IMG/VR virus record: IMGVR_UViG_3300025883_000003
Coordinates: 34,087 to 98,086 of that record
DNA length: 64,000 nt
Direction: 5' to 3' (one strand)
DNA from: a virus
Shown: in pieces, positions 53,004-61,296 of the stretch
Position numbering within the stretch: the first letter of the stretch is position 1
Layout of the letters: the number at the start of each line of letters is the position of its first letter
Made by a program: the position numbers and the translations under genes
The notes under the pieces: model-generated
What the model was told of the DNA's origin: nothing
What the model saw: the letters and a program-made list of their open reading frames with translations, nothing else
The model's database searches: none

Positions 53004-56000
53004 GTGGTCATACGCAAAGCTGAGCGATCTAAGTGGCACACCAATGCCTCTTCGGGGTTCCCTTCGATGGTCTCGCCCGCCAAGGTTCGCGCTCGACTCG
53101 TCGCCGGCAAAGGCGAGCTGCTAGCGCAACAGCTCGCCGCCAATCGCATCTTCCGTGAGAACGAAACCACCGAAGACGCGCCGCTTCCCCGGCATATCAT
53201 CGCCATCGAAGACGTGACGCACGGCTTGGGGCTCGATGCAGCCGACGAACAAGCGGTTCAGCGCATCATTCTCGATACGAACGCGCACTTCGATCAGACC
53301 ACGCAGACCCATCGGCTGACATTGGCGCGCGCGAGCTTTGTCACGACGCTTCGGGCGATGCCTCATATCAGCTCCGACATTCGCATGGAGCTGACGAAAC
53401 GGGCCATCGCGTATTGGCGCCGGAACACGCAGACCGACTACGGCAAACCGCCCACGATCCGCTCGATCGCGGTCAAGAGTGAGCCCGCGCTCGTGATCAA
53501 GGCGGCCAAGCGCTTGAACGGCTCCGAGAAGCGCGTCGAAATGCCGCAGATCATCGCCCAAAAGCTCCCGGCGTTCCTGAAAGAGCTGCGCAAGGACGGC
53601 ACCAAGTGCAAGCGCAAGAGCTACGACGCCAGCAAGCTCAAACCGATGCAAAACAAGCTCGATACGTCCAAAGTTGAGCGGTTGAAGAGCACCCCCGAAG
53701 CCCTGAAAAAGCCGATCGTGGTGAGCCATGACGGCTTCATTCTCGATGGGCACCATCGTTGGGCCGCATGCAAGGCGTTGGGGCAAAAAGTGCCGTGCGT
53801 AGAGGTCGCGCTCGACAAAGACGAGCTGCTAGAGCAAGCCCGTGACTTCGATGGGGCTGAGTTTCGCAAAGCCGGGGCCTACATCGGGCCTAGAGGCGGC
53901 AAATGGGCCGATGCGAAGCACACTATCCCCTGGAAAGACCCCGGCTTAGAGCGCAAACGACGGCTGTTGACGCAGATCGAAGGCAGTCTGACGGCTGCCA
54001 CGCGCTCCGCGTCCCGATCGCTCGACTCCCGTGACGACGACGCCATGCGCGCGGCCGGCCATGACGTGCGCAAGGTCCGTGAACGCTTGTCGCGCGTCGC
54101 TGGGGAGCACGAGATCCACGCCAAGAGCCCCGGCGCGCTCGGAAAGCAGTACCGGACGCTCGATAAGCGCATCGCTGGGCTCGAAACGGAGCTGCGGAGC
54201 ACGCCATCGAAGCAGATGGAAGCCGCGGCGACGAAGACGATCCGCGCAGAGCTGGCGGCTGACTCGCGTGACGAGCAGTACCGTACGCAAGACGCGGATT
54301 TCATTCTTGGCGATGGGTCCGTAGACAAAGCGGCGCTCTACCAAGAGGCCGGCATGGCGCTCCGCAATCTTCGGATGCTCCCTGAGCGCGCCGATCTCAA
54401 GTGGCTCGTCAAGCTCGTCAAAAAAGAGGCGAACCTACACGAGCGCAACGTCACCAAGCCGCTTCACCGGCAGCCCAAGAACAAGTACCGCAAAGCCGAC
54501 AAGATCCCCGGCGGGCTCGCCGACAAAAAGAAGCCCTCCGACTTCGACAAAGCGAAGCTCGAAGCGGGTATCAAAGTTGAAATGGAGCACACGAGCGATC
54601 GGTCCATCGCGACTGAGATCGCCATGGATCACTTGACCGAAGACGCGGACTACTACGAGAAGCTGAAGACTATCGAGAAGTCATCGAAGCCGCCGCCCGG
54701 CTACGTCCTGGCGCCGGGCAGCAAGAAGGGGGCGTACCGCAAGAAGGTCGCCGGCAAGTGGGACCATTGGTATCCCGACGCTAAGAAGCCCAAGCGCAAG
54801 GCCAAGGCCAAGAAAAAGCCCGCTCGCGAGCCGCATATCAACGGCTGGGCGGGCGTGGTCGGCTCGGAGCTGGGCGACCATCTGCGCGGGATACTCGTGC
54901 GCTACGGCAATCTCGAAGCCCTGCAACAAGAGCTGAAGGAAACGCTCGACCCGGAGAAGCAAAAGGAGCTGACGCAGGGGATCGCCAACTATCGGGTCAA
55001 CGAAATGACCGGGATTCCGTCGAAGGCAGAGACGCACAAGCTCTTGGAGCAGTCCATGAAGCTCCGCACGTTCGATGACGTGCAGAAGTTCACCGAGACC
55101 GTGGTGGATCTCGGAGACCACAAGATCCAGGTTATCAACTTGCTCGGCAACTCGCTTGGCTGGGCCATCCGCGCCCCCGGAGCACCCCCGAAAAAGGGTG
55201 ACGACGGGTATTCGCAGCACCAAAAGCTCGTCAAGAAGGTCAAAGCCTTCGAGCAAGACACCTCGTGGCGCCGGCCGAAGAGCACGGACCCGCAAGAAGT
55301 GGCCGACACCTACAACTTGGCCATGATCGATATCAACCCGACGCTCCCTGAGCCTATCCAAACGCACATTACAGGCATGCTCAGCAACGCGTTCGAAGAC
55401 TTGGCCGACGTGCTGGGTGCGGTGAAGCTCAGCCACGGCTCGCTTCAGATTCGAGTGACGGCCCAAGAGGCGCTGTACGCTCCCGGCTACGCGTACGGAG
55501 CGCAGTACGTGCGCCCCCGGAGCCGCAACCCCGAAGATTGGGACCGGGATTGGAACTTCGGCGGCGAAGAAGCGACGCCTTCCATGGGCTCGCACGGGCT
55601 CCAAGAGAAGATGGAACAAGCGCCCCCGATGATCCGCATTTCCATGGAACGAGCTTCCGCGCTCGCTCATGAGTACGGGCATGCGCTCGATGACGCGACG
55701 GCCATCGTCAGCGCCAACCCGGCCATGAGCGAAAAGCACGCCGATGAGATTGCGGCCAAGGAAGCGGTGCACATGCTCTTGCTCCAAAGCCCCATGCGGG
55801 ACCGCGCAGAGCGGGTCGAGCGCAAGCGGGGGCCTAGAGGATATTGGGGCTCGCCGGCTGAAATGTGGGCACGCGGTTTCGAGCAGTACGTGCACAAGAA
55901 GCTGAACGACAAGGGTCGGTTCAACTCGCTTCTGACGCACCACACCTATGACGGCCGGGTGGACGATGGGGTTTTCATGGCCCCCAAAGAGTTCGCTCCC

Positions 56001-56555
56001 ATCGAAGCGGCCTTCGACAAGTGGCTCGGCATGGCCAAAGAGCTGGGGATGCTCGAAAAGGCATTCCGGCTTCTCTTCGGCGACCCGACGCTCGTCGTGA
56101 AGGCCCGTTCGATCCTCACGCCGAACATCCAAGTGGGCGAAGCGCGCGGGGCACCCCGCTTCGACACGCCCCCGATGCCCGACTACCAGAGCATCTATTA
56201 TCCCCCAGAGAACGCTGACTCGCACAAGCGGGAGCGCGCGCAGTCGCAGAACCGACGCCGCGCCGATGCGGAGCGTGTGCGAGGCAAGTGGGGCTTTCAC
56301 GGCAAGGTGATTCCCGACAAGCCCGTGCTCCGGTGGAAGCTCGACCGCGAAGAGAGCGAAGATCCCTTCGACCACACCGGGGTCAAGCAAGAGCACAAGC
56401 CCCGCAAGAGCCCCAAGCTCATGGCGCGTGCCCGGATCAAGGCCGGCGCCACTACCTATCCCGAAGAGGGCACGGAGCTTCCGGGCGATGGGAAGCGAAA
56501 GCGAAAGCGGAAAAAGAAGAAAAAGCAAGTTAGGCTCACGGCGAGGAAGCAATGA
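53004..56555 (+). CDS. Polyvalent/polyprotein A, probable head-packaged cargo: ParB/Srx-like, DUF5661-like and LPD1-like zincin domains
   Basis: KPIVVSHDGFILDGHHRWAA; GIKVEMEHT..IAMDHL.E..YY.KL; LAHEYGHALD and YWGSPAEMWARGFEQYV; one GPRGGKWAD tag. Confidence 0.85.
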   Translation: MVIRKAERSKWHTNASSGFPSMVSPAKVRARLVAGKGELLAQQLAANRIFRENETTEDAPLPRHIIAIEDVTHGLGLDAADEQAVQRIILDTNAHFDQTTQTHRLTLARASFVTTLRAMPHISSDIRMELTKRAIAYWRRNTQTDYGKPPTIRSIAVKSEPALVIKAAKRLNGSEKRVEMPQIIAQKLPAFLKELRKDGTKCKRKSYDASKLKPMQNKLDTSKVERLKSTPEALKKPIVVSHDGFILDGHHRWAACKALGQKVPCVEVALDKDELLEQARDFDGAEFRKAGAYIGPRGGKWADAKHTIPWKDPGLERKRRLLTQIEGSLTAATRSASRSLDSRDDDAMRAAGHDVRKVRERLSRVAGEHEIHAKSPGALGKQYRTLDKRIAGLETELRSTPSKQMEAAATKTIRAELAADSRDEQYRTQDADFILGDGSVDKAALYQEAGMALRNLRMLPERADLKWLVKLVKKEANLHERNVTKPLHRQPKNKYRKADKIPGGLADKKKPSDFDKAKLEAGIKVEMEHTSDRSIATEIAMDHLTEDADYYEKLKTIEKSSKPPPGYVLAPGSKKGAYRKKVAGKWDHWYPDAKKPKRKAKAKKKPAREPHINGWAGVVGSELGDHLRGILVRYGNLEALQQELKETLDPEKQKELTQGIANYRVNEMTGIPSKAETHKLLEQSMKLRTFDDVQKFTETVVDLGDHKIQVINLLGNSLGWAIRAPGAPPKKGDDGYSQHQKLVKKVKAFEQDTSWRRPKSTDPQEVADTYNLAMIDINPTLPEPIQTHITGMLSNAFEDLADVLGAVKLSHGSLQIRVTAQEALYAPGYAYGAQYVRPRSRNPEDWDRDWNFGGEEATPSMGSHGLQEKMEQAPPMIRISMERASALAHEYGHALDDATAIVSANPAMSEKHADEIAAKEAVHMLLLQSPMRDRAERVERKRGPRGYWGSPAEMWARGFEQYVHKKLNDKGRFNSLLTHHTYDGRVDDGVFMAPKEFAPIEAAFDKWLGMAKELGMLEKAFRLLFGDPTLVVKARSILTPNIQVGEARGAPRFDTPPMPDYQSIYYPPENADSHKRERAQSQNRRRADAERVRGKWGFHGKVIPDKPVLRWKLDREESEDPFDHTGVKQEHKPRKSPKLMARARIKAGATTYPEEGTELPGDGKRKRKRKKKKKQVRLTARKQ

Positions 56556-59500
56556 GGGGTAGACCGCCAATTGGAGACGCGGACGCGCTTCGCGCCGTCA
56601 TGAACAAGGCTCAAGCCCGGCGGGCTCGTGGTGAGCTGTTGCTCACCAAGGCCATCTTCTACGGCCCCAAAGGGGGCAAGTGGGCCGACTCCGCCCACAC
56701 GATCCCGTACAAAGAGCTGAAGGGGCGCCGTAAGGGGGCCAAAGACGAGCCCAAGGGCCGAAGACAGTCTGGCGTTCAAGAGATCCCGAAGGGCCGTAAG
56801 AAGGGCCAGGACGAGCCCGCAAAGGGACGCACCAAGGCCGCTGAAGATACAGCGGGGCGGGAAAAATCAAGGCCAGAGGATAATGGGAAGCGGCGACCCG
56901 GATCGGCCGTCGCGCCCAAGGGGCGCGACAAGGCTCAGCCTGAAGACAAGGGCAAGCCCAAGGGGACCGAAGAGGCCGCCAAACCAGCCGCTACGCGCGA
57001 GTGGGTCAAGGGGGCCGACTACGGGCTCCAAGAGACCGACAAGCAGCACAAGGGCGAAGACGGCGAGTACACCCCCGTCCGCAAGAAGCTCCACGAGCAA
57101 ATCTACGCGAAGTTTCTCGACCACGTGCCGACCGTCCCTGAGAACCAGAAGCCCACGGCCATCGTCACCATGGGCGGTCCCGCGGCGGGCAAGACCACGC
57201 TCGTCAAGCACGTCCAGAGCAACTTCAACGACTTCGCGGTGGTGAACCCCGATGACGTGAAGGAAGAGCTTCCTGAGTACCAAAAGGGGATCAACCTAGG
57301 CGAGAAAGACGGCAAGACCGTCAGCGCGCGCGACGCTGCATTCCTTGTGCACCAAGAAAGCTCTGACGTAGCCATCGAGATTCAGAAGCTCGCCATCGAG
57401 CAACGCAAGAACATCATTCTCGACGGCACCGGCAAGAACGTCGAGAAGTACCGTAAGAAGATCGCCGATCTCAAAGCGGCCGGCTACCACGTCCAGGTCA
57501 TCATGCCGCACGTCGACATGAACGAGGCGATCGATCGCGTGGAAACGCGCGCAGAGAAGACCGGCCGATACGTCCCAGAGGATATCGTGCGCCATGCGCA
57601 CACACGCATCCCTTCCAACTTCGAAGCCATCGCACGCACTGCCGATGAGTTCGCACTGTTCAAGTCGGGTCGACCCCCGAAGTCGGTGTGGTCCGGTGGC
57701 GCTGGCAAGGGCGACGTGGTGCATGATGCCAACTACGTTCGCGATTTTCTACGGTTGGGGAAGCGACTCACAAAAGAGGTAGAAGCAGGCATGCACAAGT
57801 CAGAAAACGGCGGCGGCGACAAACCGCCAAGTGTGTCACTCGATGACTTGGTAAAGCGCGTTGCGAGCTTCGATGCGCCCGAAGAGGATAAGGACGCGGA
57901 GCAGATCCAGGGTGGCGACGGCGATGGCGTATGGTGGCCCGTCGAAGACTACGAAGACGAGATCCGCGAGCAGATGGACAAGCAAGGCGGCGTGAAAAAG
58001 AGCGGTACGTTCACCGTGCCCACCAAGCGCTTCGTCGTGAAGGGTGGACCGTACATCGGTCCCCGTGGCGGCAAGTGGGCAGACCCGCAGCACAAGATCC
58101 CCTATGAGAGCGCGAAGCAGCACCACGCGCGGGTGACCGGGCGCGGCAAGCGCTCGCTCGGGCCGGGCGAAGAGGTAGGCTTCCCGTGGAAGCGCTACGA
58201 AGCGCGGGCCAAGGGCATGAACAACGATCAGCTCGCAGGCGCCATTCAGGACGCCCTATCGACGCTGATCCACGCCGATGCGATGGACCGGGAGAGCGGC
58301 GGAGACCGGGGCGGGCATTACCGCGATGAGATCAGCGTCTACCGGAACGAGCAGAAGACGCGCGCGAAGATCACCGAGAAGATGGGGGCGTCGCAGAGCA
58401 AGTCGAAAGCGGCCCGCAAGAAAGCGCGCGAGAAGGTCAAAAACGCGCTCGTCGCGGAAGGCATGGAGCCTTCCGAAGCCAGCTACATGCTCAAAGAGCG
58501 TGCCCAAAAGTCGCCCCAAGACGCTACCGTAACGGCGGCTATCGGTGCAGACCGTTGGCATGCACTGAAGCTCCAAGGGAACATAGCCGGGGACTTCACC
58601 AAGTGGTCGGGTGGCGCGGTCGAGCAAGCGAAAGCCTTCAGCCAGGATCTTGTGGACTACGGGGTGATCACGGAGAAGGAAGCTCAGAAGCTCGCAGAAG
58701 CGAAGCATGGGCTCATGAACCGGAACATCGTCGACGCGCAACTGGTCATGAAGCAGCACGGTGCTGGCGCGTTTTCAAAGTACAAAGAAACGAAAGAGCC
58801 CGCGATTCGCGCCATGGCGTTTGCAGAGCGCGCACTCCGTTTGGGTGGTGTGAGCAAAGCCAAGGCCAAGGCGGTGGTGCGCAAGCTCCGAAATGAGGCG
58901 TACGAGAAGAGCCCCGGCTACTCGATGAAGCTGAAGGAAGTTCGCAGCATTCTCGGGGACTACGGCTTCGACACCACGAAGTACGTGGCGATCGATGCGA
59001 CCTATCGGGAGAGCATGAAGTACCGCTCCCGCAAGCCGCAGACCAACGGTCCGGTGAAGGACAGTAACCTCGCGAAGCAGCTCTATAACAAGGGGATCAA
59101 GCTCGTTCGCAAGAGCAAGCTAGACGACTCGCTGCGCAAGGGTGGGCCTTACATTGGGCCGCGGGGTGGGAAGTGGGCCGATGCGGCGCACACGATCGCA
59201 TGGTCGGATGAGAAGCCCGCAGCGCCAAAGGCCAAGGGCGTCGGCGACGAGATCGCCATGCCGCACACGCTGAGCCCGATGAAGTTCGGCAAAAAGCCTG
59301 AGCTTCCCGAAGGGGCGATGAGCACCGATGGGTACGATGCCGCAGACGTGGTGAACGGCGACGCGCCGTACAAGCCCGGTGACGCGCTGCATCCCGACCA
59401 CAAGTCGGCAGAGACGGCCTACGTGATCGAAGACTACCCCTACGGTCGGCTCCGCACGCAAATGCGCGTGTGGATTGACCGGGACAAGAACGGGCGCGGT

Positions 59501-61296
59501 CGACTCATGCGCCAGACGCTAGACCCGAAGCGCACCGGCCATTGGAACAAGCCCAAGGGCAGCACGTACAGCGATGTAATGGTCGCTGTCTTCAATGAAG
59601 ACGGGCACATCGGGAACCACGGGGCGAGCTTTTCGTGGCGTGGCGAGAACACTCTTCGGCCGTACGCGGAGAAGTACGGCGGGCACATGAGCGATGAGCA
59701 AAAGCTCGATGCGGCGCTCATGGTCGCCTACGACGAGCTAGGCGCCAAAGGCATCCCGCGCGACGAAGCCAAAGAGATTGCGTTCAAGCATTGGGCCAAG
59801 CAGCGCAAGGCCACGGGCGTTTCCGACGCGCAGCAAGCCAAGGCGAAAGCCGCCAAGGACGCGAAGAAAAAGAAGGCCGCAGCCAAGGCGGGGCCGCCGA
59901 CTGGCGCTCCGACGCCTATCAGCGAGCGACTTCGGGCCAAGGGGCTCCGGTCCACGAGCGAGCTGGGGAAGATGAGCGTCGACGAGATCGACAAGCACTT
60001 CGGCGCGATGGAATACTTCGAGTCGAAGGGGATCAGCTCGGCGTACAAGATGCTCGCGAAGCAGGCCGCCGAAGTGAACCGGAACAAGCTCGCCACGCAG
60101 TACAAGCACTTGGCGTCAGCGGTGAACCTAGCCGGCCCCTACAGCGAGGGTCGGGCCAAAAAGGCAATTCAGAAGTTCCTGAACCATGCCAAGAAGCACG
60201 GCAGTGACGCGGAGACTTTGGACAAGAGCTTTGTGATTCGGAGAGAACAATGATGGATGCAATCGAAAGCCTAGTCCGCATGGTCAAGGGTGGTCCCTAC
60301 ATCGGTCCGCGCGGGGGGAAGTGGGCAGACGCCAAGCACACGGTCGCGTGGAAAGACGACGCTGCGCCTAAGAAAAAGGCCAAGGCCAACCGCAAAGAGA
60401 GCGGGGCGCTGGCGGCCAAGCACGCGAGCGCGATCACCACTGCGATGAGTGCGCTCCACGATCCCAACAATAAGACCAAAGACAAGACCCCATCCGGGTA
60501 CGTCGAAGTGCTCCGCGACGCCATGAACGACGCGCCCAAGATGACTGGCGCAGACCGCAAGCGGCTCGCGTCGACGATCACACGGCACCTCAAGGCCGCT
60601 CGCGTCCACAACCGGAACATGAGCCAGCGCCAGTACGGCAAGCAGCCCAAGGATGAGGCACGGCGCGTATCGGGTACGGACGTGGCCAACGCCACGCGTC
60701 TTCGCGACAACTTGGAAGTCACGGCCCGCAAGCTCCGTGAGCACGGCCAAGACCCTTCGAAGAAGGTGAAGCAGCAAAAGAAGAGCGCCACCAAGTACGC
60801 GCAAGATCAGTTCAAACACTACGAGCGCAAGATCAAGGGCGCGACGCGCGACGGTATCCGCGCGAGCTACGAGCGCGACATGCGCGAAGTGCTTTCCAAC
60901 TACAAAGAGCGCTTCGGCGAGGATCTACCGGGCTCCGAAGGGTGGACCGCTACTGAGAAGGCTCGCGAGACCGCCCAAGGTGGTCCCGACATTCCAGCCA
61001 AAGAGTTCAACGCCTTGATCGCCACACCCGAAGGGCAGAAGATCAAGACGACCATTCAGGCGGATCTCAAACGCAGGCTCGATGCAGGGGCCGACCGTGA
61101 GAAGACGGTAGCCATCGCAGAGACCGCGTTCCGCAACCGCATTCACAAGCTGTTCTACAACGCCAAGCAGGAAAAAGAGACGGGCCAGCAACGGCTCGCA
61201 CTCTCGAAAGAGGCCATGGGATCACTCAGCAAAGGCGGTCCCTACATTGGGCCACGCGGTGGCAAATGGGCGGATGCCAAGCACACAATCTCGTGG
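53868..61296 (+). repeat. Six dispersed copies of a 22-aa peptide K[GA][GI][PAF]Y(I)GP[RK]GGKWADxxHx[IV]x[WY]
   Basis: 53868-53933, 56648-56710, 58040-58105, 59138-59203, 60286-60351, 61231-61296; synonymous codons differ between copies. Confidence 0.95.
56552..60253 (+). CDS. Polyvalent/polyprotein B: three GP(R/K)GGKWAD-tagged segments including a zeta-toxin-like P-loop kinase
   Basis: TMGGPAAGKTT, VNPDDVKEELPEY, NIILDGT, GRYVPEDIVRHAH; tags at 56648, 58040, 59138. Confidence 0.85.
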   Translation: MRGRPPIGDADALRAVMNKAQARRARGELLLTKAIFYGPKGGKWADSAHTIPYKELKGRRKGAKDEPKGRRQSGVQEIPKGRKKGQDEPAKGRTKAAEDTAGREKSRPEDNGKRRPGSAVAPKGRDKAQPEDKGKPKGTEEAAKPAATREWVKGADYGLQETDKQHKGEDGEYTPVRKKLHEQIYAKFLDHVPTVPENQKPTAIVTMGGPAAGKTTLVKHVQSNFNDFAVVNPDDVKEELPEYQKGINLGEKDGKTVSARDAAFLVHQESSDVAIEIQKLAIEQRKNIILDGTGKNVEKYRKKIADLKAAGYHVQVIMPHVDMNEAIDRVETRAEKTGRYVPEDIVRHAHTRIPSNFEAIARTADEFALFKSGRPPKSVWSGGAGKGDVVHDANYVRDFLRLGKRLTKEVEAGMHKSENGGGDKPPSVSLDDLVKRVASFDAPEEDKDAEQIQGGDGDGVWWPVEDYEDEIREQMDKQGGVKKSGTFTVPTKRFVVKGGPYIGPRGGKWADPQHKIPYESAKQHHARVTGRGKRSLGPGEEVGFPWKRYEARAKGMNNDQLAGAIQDALSTLIHADAMDRESGGDRGGHYRDEISVYRNEQKTRAKITEKMGASQSKSKAARKKAREKVKNALVAEGMEPSEASYMLKERAQKSPQDATVTAAIGADRWHALKLQGNIAGDFTKWSGGAVEQAKAFSQDLVDYGVITEKEAQKLAEAKHGLMNRNIVDAQLVMKQHGAGAFSKYKETKEPAIRAMAFAERALRLGGVSKAKAKAVVRKLRNEAYEKSPGYSMKLKEVRSILGDYGFDTTKYVAIDATYRESMKYRSRKPQTNGPVKDSNLAKQLYNKGIKLVRKSKLDDSLRKGGPYIGPRGGKWADAAHTIAWSDEKPAAPKAKGVGDEIAMPHTLSPMKFGKKPELPEGAMSTDGYDAADVVNGDAPYKPGDALHPDHKSAETAYVIEDYPYGRLRTQMRVWIDRDKNGRGRLMRQTLDPKRTGHWNKPKGSTYSDVMVAVFNEDGHIGNHGASFSWRGENTLRPYAEKYGGHMSDEQKLDAALMVAYDELGAKGIPRDEAKEIAFKHWAKQRKATGVSDAQQAKAKAAKDAKKKKAAAKAGPPTGAPTPISERLRAKGLRSTSELGKMSVDEIDKHFGAMEYFESKGISSAYKMLAKQAAEVNRNKLATQYKHLASAVNLAGPYSEGRAKKAIQKFLNHAKKHGSDAETLDKSFVIRREQ

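Noticed and set aside
54681-56570. 629-aa ORF on the - strand (likewise 3160..4767, 29161..30315, 38479..39651, 5863..6792)
   Set aside because: Antisense shadows of real genes in GC-rich DNA; no motifs or RBS, and they fully overlap well-supported genes.
53868-61296. Possible CRISPR array or DGR template/variable repeats from the recurring GPRGGKWAD DNA
   Set aside because: Copies are kb apart, in frame, and differ at synonymous positions rather than at adenines; no cas or reverse transcriptase gene in the window.
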